Positions 49,708 to 59,303 of a DNA stretch of 64,000 nt are shown here, piece by piece. The stretch is from Desulfomicrobium sp. UBA5193. Its GTDB lineage: Bacteria; Desulfobacterota; Desulfovibrionia; Desulfovibrionales; Desulfomicrobiaceae. The notes beneath the pieces were generated by a model. That model did not search any database, had not been told where the DNA came from, and was given only the letters and a program-made list of their open reading frames with translations. How positions within the stretch are numbered: position 1 is the first letter of the stretch; each line of letters begins with the position of its first letter. A program made the position numbers and the translations under genes. The stretch lies in assembly GCA_002412965.1 (NCBI GenBank), contig DHWB01000004.1:457047-521046 (forward strand). The letters are read 5' to 3'.

Positions 49708-49734
49708 AAGGCAGCTTTCACGCTGCCTTTTTTT
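49708..49734 (+). terminator. Intrinsic terminator
   Basis: aaggcagc-tttcac-gctgcctt followed by a T-run. Confidence 0.7.
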
Positions 49735-49806
49735 ACTCAAGGACGACCAAAGTTCGGTTGTCCTCCGCGTTTCCTGATTTCGCAAAGTAGCGTTCGTGAT
49801 GTGCAT

Positions 49807-50529
49807 TCAGGTTTCAATGACAAACTGCACACGTTCCGAGGCGAAGCGCGTTTCACAAAATTCAATGGGCCAGTCCCGTGGATCGACGTTGACGCTTTCC
49901 GTGACCAAAACAGGGCGGTTCCTCGGTTGGTGCAGAACTCTCGCTTCACGGGCCGTGGGCATGCGGCTTGAGATGTGCGTGGTCTTGCGGCGGTAGTCTG
50001 TGACGCCGTATTCCCGCAGTGCCAGAGTGACGGAACCGGTGCGCCGGAAATGTTCATCCAGGCCGGGGAAACGGGACTGGGGAAAGTGGGCGCTGGCAAG
50101 GCATATGCGGATCCCGTCGGCCTCGCCGACCGTCTCGAGCAGGATGACCGTCTCTCCCTTGTCCAGTTCCAGCGCCTGGGCAACTTCCGTGGTCGCCGGG
50201 ATGATCCCGGAAGAAATCAGTTCTCCGCGCGGTTTTCGCTCCTGCCTGAGCAGATTTTCATGAAAACGGGTTCGCGCGCCAACGGCGTAGTCGATGACTT
50301 TTTCCCGCACAAAACTGCCGCTGCCCTGTTCCGTGCGGATCATGTCATCGTCGGCCAGCAAGCTCAGCGCCCGGCGCACCGTATGCCGGTTGACCCCGAA
50401 GCGCTCGGCCAGCTCCTGCTCCGTCGGCAGCCTGCTGCCGGGCGCGAGCTCCCCTTCCTTGATGCGGTATTCCAGCCAATCCCGAATCTGCCTCCACAGG
50501 GCCACGCCGTTCCTGCGTTGTAACTCCAT
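49807..50529 (-). CDS. phnF: Phosphonate metabolism GntR/HutC-type regulator
   Basis: LPTE.ELA.RFGVNRHTVRRAL wHTH plus UTRA domain; divergent from phnG. Confidence 0.93.
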   Translation of the reverse strand: MELQRRNGVALWRQIRDWLEYRIKEGELAPGSRLPTEQELAERFGVNRHTVRRALSLLADDDMIRTEQGSGSFVREKVIDYAVGARTRFHENLLRQERKPRGELISSGIIPATTEVAQALELDKGETVILLETVGEADGIRICLASAHFPQSRFPGLDEHFRRTGSVTLALREYGVTDYRRKTTHISSRMPTAREARVLHQPRNRPVLVTESVNVDPRDWPIEFCETRFASERVQFVIET

Positions 50530-50594
50530 TGCCGTCTCCTTGAATGCAAACTGTCACAAAATACTGCGAGATCATGTCTGTCGAAAAGACATAG

Positions 50595-50606
50595 ATGTCT
50601 ATACAA
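50595..50606. promoter_or_regulatory. Putative PhnF operator
   Basis: Near-palindrome tgtctataca (HutC-family GT-N-TA-N-AC type) between phnF and phnG. Confidence 0.6.
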
Positions 50607-50631
50607 ATTTTCATATTGTGGAGTTTTCTTG

Positions 50632-51081
50632 ATGTCAACAGCACAAACGCAGCGGCAGGAATGGATGGCCGCATTCGCGCTCGCTGATCTTGCGCAGCTG
50701 CACGAGGCCTGGGAAGGATTGTCCGCGCATCCGAACTACCGGATCGTGCGCGGGCCAGAGACAGGGTTGGTCATGGTCCGGGCCAGGGCAGGCAACACCG
50801 GCCAGCGCTTCAATCTGGGCGAGATGACAGTGACCCGTTGCAGCGTCGGTCTTGAAAATGGAGTCATGGGGCATGCCTGGATTGCGGGCATCAGGCCGGA
50901 TCATGCCCGGCTGGCGGCTCTGTTCGATGCCCTGATGCAGATCCCTGAAAGAGCCGAGGTCTTAAAGGCCATCCTTGTCGGACCGTTGCGGGAGGCCCGA
51001 CATGCGCACCTAACCCGGCGGAAGGCCGAGGTCATGCCGAGCCGGGTGGATTTTTTCACGCTCGTGCGGGGGGATGACTGA
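50632..51081 (+). CDS. phnG: C-P lyase subunit PhnG
   Basis: PETGLVMVR.R.G..G..FNLGE.TVTRC motif. Confidence 0.95.
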   Translation: MSTAQTQRQEWMAAFALADLAQLHEAWEGLSAHPNYRIVRGPETGLVMVRARAGNTGQRFNLGEMTVTRCSVGLENGVMGHAWIAGIRPDHARLAALFDALMQIPERAEVLKAILVGPLREARHAHLTRRKAEVMPSRVDFFTLVRGDD

Positions 51082-51686
51082 TGCTGCAACCCATTCCAGC
51101 CGGCTTCGCCCGGCCTGTTTTCGAGAGCCAGGGCACCTTCCGCGTGATTCTGGAGGCCATGTCCAGGCCCGGACGCGCAGTCAGGATCCCGGTTCAGGCG
51201 GGCGGACCGCAAGGCTGGCCCGGCAGCCTGTCCGCCCTGGTCCTGACCCTGTGCGACATGGACACGCCCCTTTGGCTCGATGCCGCAGCCAATACGCCTG
51301 ATGCCCTGCGCTTTCTGCGATTCCACTGCGGCTGCCCGGTCGTAGCCAAGCCTGAACAAGCCGCCTTCGCGATTGTGTTGGACGCTCAGCGCCTGGTCTC
51401 CCTGGGAGAGTTTGCGCTCGGCAGCGCGGAATATCCCGAAAAATCGAGCACCGTGCTCCTGTACTCCCCGCTGCTCGGACAGGGCGGTGAAACCCTGCGC
51501 GTGCATGGTCCGGGGGTTGATGGCGAGGAGGAAATGCCCCGCTCATGGCTGCCGGAGAACTTTGTGGACCAGTGGCACGTCAATGCCGGACTTTTTCCGC
51601 GCGGTGTTGATGTCATCCTGGTCGGCAATGACGCCATTGTCGGCCTCCCGCGAACCCTGAAGCTGGAGACAAAGCCATGTATGTAG
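51081..51686 (+). CDS. phnH: C-P lyase subunit PhnH
   Basis: FR..L.AMSRPG, LRFHCG, FPRGVD, GLPR. Confidence 0.95.
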   Translation: MLQPIPAGFARPVFESQGTFRVILEAMSRPGRAVRIPVQAGGPQGWPGSLSALVLTLCDMDTPLWLDAAANTPDALRFLRFHCGCPVVAKPEQAAFAIVLDAQRLVSLGEFALGSAEYPEKSSTVLLYSPLLGQGGETLRVHGPGVDGEEEMPRSWLPENFVDQWHVNAGLFPRGVDVILVGNDAIVGLPRTLKLETKPCM

Positions 51687-52771
51687 CCGTCAAGGGTGGC
51701 GAAAAGGCCATTGCCGAAGCCCACAAGCTCCTGGCCCGGGAGCGGCGGGGGGACACGTCGGTACCGGAGCTCTCTCTGGAACAGATTCGCGAGCAGCTGT
51801 CCCTTGGGGTGGACCGGGTCATGAGCGAAGGCTCGCTCTATGATTCCCGGCTGGCCGCTCTGGCCGTGAAGCAGGCGCGCGGCGACCTCATGGAGGCGAT
51901 CTTTCTGCTGCGCGCCTACCGCACGACGCTGCCCAGATTCGGCTATTCCCAGCCTGTCGATACTTCAAGGATGCATGTCCGGCGGCGCATCTCCGCGACC
52001 TTCAAGGACGTTCCGGGCGGCCAGGTCCTCGGGCCGACCTTCGACTACACGCATCGTCTGTTGGACTGGAGCTTGGGGCAGGAGAGCGCGCCTGCGCAAC
52101 AGGACGCCACCCTGGTTCATGAGGAAGCCGAAGGTCTGGCAGTCGCCATGCCACGGGTGCTGGATGTTCTCGGCCGGGAAGGGATCATTGATGCCGAGGC
52201 GGCCGGGGATGACCCGGAGCCGGATGACCTGACCCGCGAGCCCCTGACCTTGCCCGCAGGACGGTCCATGCGGCTGCAGAACCTGGCCCGGGCCGATGAA
52301 GGCTTCCTGCTGGCCATGGGCTACTCCACCCAGCGCGGATTCGGCACCACCCATCCCTTTGTGGGCGAGATCCGCATGGGCGAGGTGGAAATCGAGTTTG
52401 TGCCCGAGGAGCTCGGTTTCGCCGTCACGCTGGGCGAGATCACCCTGACCGAGTGCGAGACCGTGAACCAGTTCACCGGCTCCGGCGACGCCCGCTTCAC
52501 TAGGGGCTATGGCCTGACCTTTGGCCAGGGCGAACGCAAGGCCATGAGCATGGCCCTGGTTGACCGGTCGCTTCGCGCCGGGGAGCTGGGTGAAGAGGTG
52601 CGCGGCCCGGCCCAGGACGGGGAGTTTGTCCTCTACCACAGCGACAACGTCGAGGCTTCGGGATTTGTCCAGCATCTGAAGCTGCCGCACTACGTCGATT
52701 TTCAATCCGAACTGGTCATGGTGCGGGGCCTGCGCAGGGACGCCGCCGAGGAGGAACCTCATGAACGCTGA
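51677..52771 (+). CDS. phnI: C-P lyase complex subunit PhnI
   Basis: MYVAVKGGE start, HLKLPHYVDFQ. Confidence 0.97.
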   Translation: MYVAVKGGEKAIAEAHKLLARERRGDTSVPELSLEQIREQLSLGVDRVMSEGSLYDSRLAALAVKQARGDLMEAIFLLRAYRTTLPRFGYSQPVDTSRMHVRRRISATFKDVPGGQVLGPTFDYTHRLLDWSLGQESAPAQQDATLVHEEAEGLAVAMPRVLDVLGREGIIDAEAAGDDPEPDDLTREPLTLPAGRSMRLQNLARADEGFLLAMGYSTQRGFGTTHPFVGEIRMGEVEIEFVPEELGFAVTLGEITLTECETVNQFTGSGDARFTRGYGLTFGQGERKAMSMALVDRSLRAGELGEEVRGPAQDGEFVLYHSDNVEASGFVQHLKLPHYVDFQSELVMVRGLRRDAAEEEPHER

Positions 52772-53618
52772 AGCCTTGCCCGGATACAACTATGCCTACT
52801 TGGACGAGCAGACCAAGGGCATGATCCGCCGCGCCATTTTGAAAGCCGTGGCCATCCCCGGTTATCAGGTTCCCTTCGGCAGCCGCGAGATGCCCCTGCC
52901 CTATGGCTGGGGCACGGGTGGCATCCAGATCACGGCCAGCATCATCGGTCCGGATGACGTCTTGAAAGTCATCGACCAGGGCGCCGACGACACGACCAAC
53001 GCGGTCTCCATCCGTTCCTTTTTCGCCAGAACGGCGCAGGTGGCCACGACCACCGTCACGGAAGACGCGACGGTCATCCAGACCCGGCACCGCATCCCCG
53101 AAACGCCCCTCAAATCCGGCCAGATTCTCGTCTATCAGGTGCCCATCCCCGAACCCCTGCGTTTCATGGAGCCCAGCGAAGCCGAGACCCGGACCATGCA
53201 CGCCCTGGAGGAATACGGGGTCATGCACGTCAAGCTCTACGAGGACATCGCCGTGCATGGCCGCATCGCCACCAGCTACAACTATCCCGTCAAGGTCGAG
53301 GACCGCTACATCATGTGCCCCTCTCCCATCCCGAAATTCGACAACCCCAAGATGAACGACTGTCCGGCCCTGCAGCTTTTCGGCGCGGGACGCGAGAAGC
53401 GCATTTACGCCATCCCGCCCCACACCAGGGTGGAGAGCCTGGATTTCGAGGATCATCCCTTCGAGATCCAGACATGGGACGAGGCCTGCGCCATTTGCGG
53501 ATCCAGGGACAGTTTTCTGGATGAGATAATCATCGATGATCAGGGAGGCCGCATGTTCGTCTGCTCGGATTCTCATCACTGCGCCAACTCGGCGGCGCGC
53601 ACGGAGGGGGAGCGATGA
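52761..53618 (+). CDS. phnJ: C-P lyase radical subunit PhnJ
   Basis: YGWGTGG and Cx2Cx21Cx5C-type C-terminal cluster motif. Confidence 0.97.
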   Translation: MNAEALPGYNYAYLDEQTKGMIRRAILKAVAIPGYQVPFGSREMPLPYGWGTGGIQITASIIGPDDVLKVIDQGADDTTNAVSIRSFFARTAQVATTTVTEDATVIQTRHRIPETPLKSGQILVYQVPIPEPLRFMEPSEAETRTMHALEEYGVMHVKLYEDIAVHGRIATSYNYPVKVEDRYIMCPSPIPKFDNPKMNDCPALQLFGAGREKRIYAIPPHTRVESLDFEDHPFEIQTWDEACAICGSRDSFLDEIIIDDQGGRMFVCSDSHHCANSAARTEGER

Positions 53619-54388
53619 ATCAGGAACTGCTGCGCGTCACCGGCCTGACCCGATATTACGGCACCCGCGTGGGCTGCCGGGACGTGAATTTCACCCTGTG
53701 GCCGGGCGAGGTGCTGGCCATTGTCGGCGAGTCGGGTTCAGGCAAGACCACCCTCTTGAGCCTCCTGTCCGGACGGCTCATGCCCACCGCCGGAGAGGTC
53801 TCTTACCGGGATCGGGATGGCCGCTGGCTGTCCTTGGCCGAACTGTCCGAGGCCGACCGGCGCCGTCTGCAGCGCACGGATCTGGGCGTGGTGCACCAGA
53901 ACCCGCGCGACGGACTGCGCATGCGCGTCAGCGCCGGAGGCAACATCGGCGAACGGCTCATGGCATTGGGAGACCGTCATTATGGCCGGATTCGCGGGGC
54001 CGGACTGGACTGGATGGAGCGGGTGGAACTGGACCCGGAGCGCATCGACGAGCATCCTTCGGCCTTTTCCGGCGGCATGCAGCAGCGTCTGCAGATCGCC
54101 CGCAATCTGGTCACGGAGCCGCGCCTGATCTTCATGGACGAGCCCACCAGCGGCCTCGATGTCTCGGTCCAGGCCAGGCTCCTGGACCTCTTGCGGCACC
54201 TGGTCTCGTCCCTGGGGCTGGCCGTGGTGCTGGTCACCCACGATCTGGCTGTGGCGCGAATCCTGGCGCACCGCATGGTGGTCATGCGCGGCGGCGAGGT
54301 CGTGGAGACGGGCCTGTCCGATCAGGTCCTGGACGACCCGTGCCACCCGTACACCCAGCTTCTGGTCTCCTCCATCCTGCAAGCTTGA
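53615..54388 (+). CDS. phnK: C-P lyase system ABC-type ATPase PhnK
   Basis: GESGSGKTT, FSGGMQQR.QIARNL. Confidence 0.96.
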   Translation: MNQELLRVTGLTRYYGTRVGCRDVNFTLWPGEVLAIVGESGSGKTTLLSLLSGRLMPTAGEVSYRDRDGRWLSLAELSEADRRRLQRTDLGVVHQNPRDGLRMRVSAGGNIGERLMALGDRHYGRIRGAGLDWMERVELDPERIDEHPSAFSGGMQQRLQIARNLVTEPRLIFMDEPTSGLDVSVQARLLDLLRHLVSSLGLAVVLVTHDLAVARILAHRMVVMRGGEVVETGLSDQVLDDPCHPYTQLLVSSILQA

Positions 54389-54395
54389 GGCATCC

Positions 54396-55088
54396 ATGAA
54401 CATTCCTGTGATCTCCATACGTTCCCTGGCCAAGACCTTTGTCCTGCACACCCAGGGCGGGACATGCATCCGCGCCTTCGACGGCGTGGACCTCGACGTC
54501 GCGGCCGGGGAGTGCATCGCCCTGCACGGTCCCTCCGGCGCGGGCAAGTCGAGCCTCCTGCGCTCCATCTACGCCAACTACCGCCCCACAACGGGCAGCG
54601 TCGTCATCAGCCATGCCGGTGAAGGCGTGGACATGACCGCAGCCCAGCCCCGGGCGGTTCTGGACGTGCGCCGCCGCACCCTCGGCTATGTCAGCCAGTT
54701 CCTGCGCGTCATCCCCCGCGTCTCCTCCCTCGACCTGGTGGCCGAGCGGCTCACCGCCATGGGCGTGGGCCTGGACGAAGCCAGGGACAGGGCCGGGCGG
54801 ATGCTGGCCCGCCTGAACATCCCAGAGCGCCTGTGGTCCCTGGCCCCGGCGACCTTCTCCGGCGGAGAACAGCAGCGCGTCAACATCGCGCGCGGCTTCA
54901 TCCGCGACTATCCCATCCTGCTCCTCGACGAGCCCACGGCCTCCCTGGACGGAGAGAACCGCAACACGGTCGTGGACATGATCCTCGAAGCCAAGAAACG
55001 CGGCGCGGCCGTTGTGGGCATCTTTCACGACGACGACGTGCGCGGGCGGGTCGCTGACCGTTGCCTGCTGCTGAACAGACCGGAGTAA
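54396..55088 (+). CDS. phnL: C-P lyase system ABC-type ATPase PhnL
   Basis: K.F.LH.QGG, YVSQFLRVIPRV, FSGGEQQR. Confidence 0.96.
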   Translation: MNIPVISIRSLAKTFVLHTQGGTCIRAFDGVDLDVAAGECIALHGPSGAGKSSLLRSIYANYRPTTGSVVISHAGEGVDMTAAQPRAVLDVRRRTLGYVSQFLRVIPRVSSLDLVAERLTAMGVGLDEARDRAGRMLARLNIPERLWSLAPATFSGGEQQRVNIARGFIRDYPILLLDEPTASLDGENRNTVVDMILEAKKRGAAVVGIFHDDDVRGRVADRCLLLNRPE

Positions 55089-55091
55089 GCC

Positions 55092-56234
55092 ATGCCCGAG
55101 ATGATTCTTGCCAACGCCCGCATCGTCCTTGAGGGCGAGACTGTCCTGGGCGCCTTGAGCGTACGCGAAGGGATGATCCACGATGTCTCCCCCGGCGCGA
55201 CCGCTTGTCCCGACGCCGTCGATCTCGGCGGCGACCTGCTCATCCCCGGACTGGTCGAGCTGCACACCGACAACCTCGAAAAGCTGCTCGTTCCCCGGCC
55301 CGGCGTGCTCTGGCCCTCGGCCCGCGCCGCACTCCTGGCCCACGACGCGCAGCTCATCGCCGCCGGCATCACCACCGTTCTCGACGCACTGTCCTGCGGG
55401 CAATACTATGAGAAAAGCGACCGTCGCACCATGCTCGACCTGACCCTGACCGCCCTGGACGAGATGCGCCCTACCGGCTTCCTGCGCGCCGAGCATTTCC
55501 TGCACGTGCGCTGCGAAATCTCCGACCCCGATATGCCGCGCCTCTTCGAACCCTTCCGGGACATGGACGACGTGCACCTCGTCTCCCTCATGGACCACAC
55601 CCCCGGCCAGCGCCAGTTTGTCGACATCGACGCCTACCGCACCTATTACAGCAAGGATCGGCAGTGGTCGGACCAGGAATTCCAGGCCGAGATGGCCCGC
55701 ATGCAGGAGGCGCAGGCCCGCTTCGCCGGAGCCCACGCCGAGGACATCCTGCGCTGGTGCCAGGCTCGCGGCGTGCCCGTGGCCAGCCACGACGACGCCA
55801 CGCCGAGTCACGTGGACTGGGCCCACGGCCAGGGCATCGTCATCAGCGAATTTCCGACCACCATGGACGCCGCGCGCCGCGCCTGCGAACTGGGGCTCTT
55901 GACCCTCATGGGCTCGCCCAACGTGGTCCGAAACGGCTCCCATTCCGGCAACGTGTCCGTGCGCGAAGTGGCCAAGGCCGGACTCCTGGGCGGCCTGTCC
56001 TCGGATTACGTCCCGGCAAGCCTCCTGCACGCCGCCTGGATCCTGCACGCCGAAGTGGACCTGCCCCTGCACGAGGCCATGGCCCTGGTCACGCTAAACC
56101 CGGCCCGCGCCCTGGGCCTCCACGACCGAGGACGCATCGAACCCGGCCTCAAAGCCGACCTCGTGCGCGTCCACATCGACCGCGATCTTCCGGTGGTGCG
56201 CCGGGTCTGGCGGGATGGGGAGCGGATGTATTAG
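55092..56234 (+). CDS. phnM: Alpha-D-ribose 1-methylphosphonate 5-triphosphate diphosphatase (copy 1)
   Basis: PGLVELHTDN, MDHTPGQRQ, ASHDD, SHSGNVS, SSDY. Confidence 0.95.
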   Translation: MPEMILANARIVLEGETVLGALSVREGMIHDVSPGATACPDAVDLGGDLLIPGLVELHTDNLEKLLVPRPGVLWPSARAALLAHDAQLIAAGITTVLDALSCGQYYEKSDRRTMLDLTLTALDEMRPTGFLRAEHFLHVRCEISDPDMPRLFEPFRDMDDVHLVSLMDHTPGQRQFVDIDAYRTYYSKDRQWSDQEFQAEMARMQEAQARFAGAHAEDILRWCQARGVPVASHDDATPSHVDWAHGQGIVISEFPTTMDAARRACELGLLTLMGSPNVVRNGSHSGNVSVREVAKAGLLGGLSSDYVPASLLHAAWILHAEVDLPLHEAMALVTLNPARALGLHDRGRIEPGLKADLVRVHIDRDLPVVRRVWRDGERMY

Positions 56235-56243
56235 GCGTAAGAA

Positions 56244-56438
56244 GGGCGACCACGGGGGGGCGCCCCTACGGAATCACGAAAATTTTCCGCCTAATCACGA
56301 TCACGGCGGAACGCCCGTAGGGGCAGGCCCCCGTGCCTGCCCACTTTTCGGCGCACGGGAAGGATGACCGCAGGGACCGCAGGGGCCGCAGGGGCCGCAG
56401 GGGCCGGAAGAAGGGCGGCCACGGGGGGCCGCCCCTAC
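56244..56438. repeat. Cluster of three GTAG-type REP elements plus a 9-bp tandem repeat
   Basis: gggcgaccac..gcccctac (56244-56269), gtaggggc..gccc (56317-56342), gggcggccac..gcccctac (56413-56438); (ccgcagggr)x4 at 56368-56403. Confidence 0.8.
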
Positions 56439-56478
56439 GGATGTCGATATCATTTTATTGATCTGCAACAGGATTTTT

Positions 56479-57039
56479 ATGCCAAGACTGATTTACATCA
56501 TGGGTCCTTCGGGCTGCGGCAAGGACTCCCTCATGGCCGAGGCCCGTCTGCGGCTTCCCGCCGAAGCGCCCGTCGTTTTCGCCCACCGCTACATCACCCG
56601 CCCGGCCGATGCGGGCGGGGAAAATCATGTGGCCCTGAGCCGTGCCGAATTTCAGATTCGGCTGACACGCGGACTTTTTGCCCTGTCCTGGGAGAGCCAC
56701 GGCTTCGCCTACGGCATCGGCCGGGAGATTGAGCTTTGGATGGAGGCGGGATTGAGCGTGGTCATGAACGGCTCGCGCGCGGCGTTATCCAGATCCCTTG
56801 TGGCCTATCCGGGACTGCTGCCCGTTCTGGTGGATGTACCCGATGAGATCTTGCGGGAACGCCTGAACGTGCGCGGGCGGGAAGATACCGTGGAAATACA
56901 GGCGCGGCTGGCGCGGGCGCGCATTGCCGTGACCGAAACACCTGCCTTGGTACGCTTCGACAACTCCGGCCCTCTGGCTGAACGCGGCCAAGCCCTGTCC
57001 GAGCTTATCATTCAGACAACGTCCAACGCTTCGGATTGA
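56479..57039 (+). CDS. phnN: Ribose 1,5-bisphosphate phosphokinase
   Basis: [27 protein letters not shown]. Confidence 0.94.
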   Translation: MPRLIYIMGPSGCGKDSLMAEARLRLPAEAPVVFAHRYITRPADAGGENHVALSRAEFQIRLTRGLFALSWESHGFAYGIGREIELWMEAGLSVVMNGSRAALSRSLVAYPGLLPVLVDVPDEILRERLNVRGREDTVEIQARLARARIAVTETPALVRFDNSGPLAERGQALSELIIQTTSNASD

Positions 57040-57041
57040 AC

Positions 57042-57647
57042 ATGCTCTCCCCCAAATCAAGCATCCACCCCACGGCCAAGGTCAGTGACAGCACCCTTGG
57101 CGCATGGACCGAGATCGGCCCGCAGACGGAGATCATTTCCTCCACCGTAGGCGACTATTCCTACCTGTGCGACCGTTGCCACGTCATGTACACGCACATC
57201 GGCAAGTTCTGCTCCATCGCCAACCACGCCCGCCTGAATCCGAGCAACCACCCAACTTGGCGAGCCACCCAGCACCACTTCACCTATCGCAGTTCCAAAT
57301 TCGGCATGGGGACGGATGAAGACGAATTCTTCGCCTGGCGCAAGGAACATGGCGTGGTGCTTGGGCATGACGTCTGGATCGGGCACGGAGCCCTGATCAT
57401 GCCAGGAGTGACCGTGGGCACGGGTTCGGTGGTGGCTTCAGGCGCGGTGGTCACCAAGGATGTGCCGGACTACGCCATTGTGGCCGGAGTTCCTGCCAAG
57501 CCCATCAAGTACCGTTTTCCGAGCGAAATCCAGGAAAAACTCCTGACCCTGGCCTGGTGGGACTGGGAACACGGGCGGCTTACGGCGGCCTTAAGGGATT
57601 TTCGGGAATTGGGAGTTGAAGCTTTTATCGAGAAGTACGCGGAATGA
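57042..57647 (+). CDS. Phosphonate-cluster hexapeptide-repeat acetyltransferase (CatB-like)
   Basis: [34 protein letters not shown]. Confidence 0.9.
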   Translation: MLSPKSSIHPTAKVSDSTLGAWTEIGPQTEIISSTVGDYSYLCDRCHVMYTHIGKFCSIANHARLNPSNHPTWRATQHHFTYRSSKFGMGTDEDEFFAWRKEHGVVLGHDVWIGHGALIMPGVTVGTGSVVASGAVVTKDVPDYAIVAGVPAKPIKYRFPSEIQEKLLTLAWWDWEHGRLTAALRDFRELGVEAFIEKYAE

Positions 57648-57682
57648 GGGGGAGGAACTGGCCGGTGTGGTCTTTTTATTGA

Positions 57683-58129
57683 TCATTGCTCTCCAAGAGC
57701 CTCCAAATCAGCAAGATCCTTCTTTCTTCCAGTTGCTCTCTTGTTTTGAATGTACTGATTGAGGCCTATGAAATACACCGGAACATCATCGTATTTTCCT
57801 TCCTCGCGGCCCTTATATGCATCTTCCCAGGAAACTCCGGATATCGATGTCATGATGTCAACCCGGACCGGAGGATAGCCCAGCTGAACAATATTGTCCG
57901 TATTTGTAAAATATTCCAATTTGAGACCTGCTGAACCGAAACCGAATTCATTGAGAGCCTTTAATATTAAGGATGCATTGTTCGAATCTGATTTAACCAA
58001 TATGTCGATATCTCCTGTATATCTCGGTGCACCATAATATGCCAATGCGTACCCTCCGACTATGAGATATTGCACATTATGAGCGTTGAATAACGCGAGC
58101 AACTCTTTGTAGTCTTTCTGTACTTCCAT
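57683..58129 (-). CDS. Nucleotidyltransferase-fold protein (DUF6036-like)
   Basis: VGG.A...G.PR.T.DID and NK...GR.KD..DL motifs; AT-rich; AGGAGG RBS. Confidence 0.85.
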   Translation of the reverse strand: MEVQKDYKELLALFNAHNVQYLIVGGYALAYYGAPRYTGDIDILVKSDSNNASLILKALNEFGFGSAGLKLEYFTNTDNIVQLGYPPVRVDIMTSISGVSWEDAYKGREEGKYDDVPVYFIGLNQYIQNKRATGRKKDLADLEALGEQ

Positions 58130-58256
58130 GTGCTTGCCTCCTTAAAAATTCAACTGCCGACAACCTTTCCTCTTGAGTTCTGCTCAGCCAATATTTCAGA
58201 TCATCCATCAAATTGTCATCTTTGATATTCTTTATCTGTACAATTTTCTTTATCAT
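58077..58256 (-). CDS. 59-aa small protein overlapping the NTase start (not in the ORF track); putative partner/antitoxin
   Basis: MIKKIVQIKNIKDDNLMDDLKYWLSRTQEERLSAVEFLRRQAHGSTERLQRVARVIQRS*; AAGGA RBS. Confidence 0.72.
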   Translation of the reverse strand: MIKKIVQIKNIKDDNLMDDLKYWLSRTQEERLSAVEFLRRQAHGSTERLQRVARVIQRS

Positions 58257-58279
58257 ACTTTTCCTTGGAGCTGACAGTT

Positions 58280-58543
58280 TCAGAGGGATCTGCAGATATC
58301 ACGCCTATGACCGATTTTCACGACCATGACGACGAGCTCCTGATCCTTGATTTCATAGACGATTCGATATGTTCCCTGTCTCACCCGGAATCGCTCCAGG
58401 CCGGACAGTTTTTCGCTTCCGCTTGGCCTGGGATCATCCGCGAGTCCTTCGATGCATTTCAAAATACTCTGCACATCACGTTTGGGGATCTGACGCAAAT
58501 CCTTGGCCACGGACGCTTTGAAGCGCAGCCTATATTTTGTCAT
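58280..58543 (-). CDS. RelE/ParE superfamily toxin (RelE-like)
   Basis: L..DPRP.G..KL.G...R.R.G.YRI.YEI.D..L.V.V..IGHRR. Confidence 0.92.
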   Translation of the reverse strand: MTKYRLRFKASVAKDLRQIPKRDVQSILKCIEGLADDPRPSGSEKLSGLERFRVRQGTYRIVYEIKDQELVVMVVKIGHRRDICRSL

Positions 58544-58763
58544 GAGCCTTGAGGTCGTTCAAAAGCTCTTCGTAACTCATGACCGGCTCCGCCAGACGAT
58601 GTTCAAACGCCGCCAGGTCCTCCTGGTCTTCGGCCAGAGCCGCTCGGACGGCGTCGTTGACGAGATCGGAGAGCGAACGGTTGGAATGTACGGCTTTAAG
58701 GCGCAGGGCTGCGTGCAGTTGCGGGTCGAAATAGATGGTGGATCGTTTTGTTGCTTCGGGCAT
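58530..58763 (-). CDS. CopG/RHH-type antitoxin
   Basis: N-terminal RSTIYF strand-helix-helix, acidic C-terminus, overlaps the toxin start. Confidence 0.85.
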   Translation of the reverse strand: MPEATKRSTIYFDPQLHAALRLKAVHSNRSLSDLVNDAVRAALAEDQEDLAAFEHRLAEPVMSYEELLNDLKAHDKI

Positions 58764-58783
58764 GATGCTTACCTCTGTAAGTC

Positions 58784-58812
58784 ATCATGTCGTCATGTCG
58801 TCATGGCGTCAA
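58784..58812 (-). promoter_or_regulatory. Sigma70 promoter of the CopG-RelE operon with tandem operator repeats
   Basis: TTGACG-N17-CATGAT built from 8-bp-period repeats (catgacga). Confidence 0.65.
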
Positions 58813-59003
58813 GGATTGAACCGGCAGTGCCGACCTTGCGATTGTTCACGCACTTGATGAAACAGCCTATGTTCCCCGCTCCTGGAACGGAAAACGCCGC
58901 AAAATGGCGAAGACTTCTTGCAAGCATGTTTGCCAAAAAAGGTAGATACCGAGGGCTGGGACGGGTGAAAGGAGTACCGGAGAGAGGTCTCAAATTTTCA
59001 GAA

Positions 59004-59303
59004 TCAGGGCTTCTCCACATCAGTTAGCAGTCGTTGGCCATGAATAACTGCGACGATTACTATCCGTTCAGTTTCTATGCGATAGATGAGCCGGTAGCTG
59101 TAGAGCAATCTTTCCCTGATGCATGGATCGCCGAACTCCGGAACGATTCGTCCACGGTTTGGCAGGGTGCCGAGGCTCCTTGCACCCTCCAGAAGTGCCT
59201 GAACGACAGCGCGCGCATAAAAAGCTGAATCGCGCGCAATATACTCCGCGATCAGTTCCAGGTCTTCGAGCGCCTGGGGTGACCAGTCGATCAGGAGGTC
59301 CAT
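59004..59303 (-). CDS. RelE/ParE superfamily toxin (ParE-like)
   Basis: WS..A..DL..I..YIA.DS, P..GR.VPE, YR.IY, V.HG. Confidence 0.9.
   Translation of the reverse strand: MDLLIDWSPQALEDLELIAEYIARDSAFYARAVVQALLEGARSLGTLPNRGRIVPEFGDPCIRERLLYSYRLIYRIETERIVIVAVIHGQRLLTDVEKP

Noticed and set aside
56244..56438. CRISPR array
   Set aside because: Repeats are inverted relative to each other, irregularly spaced and imperfect; no cas genes
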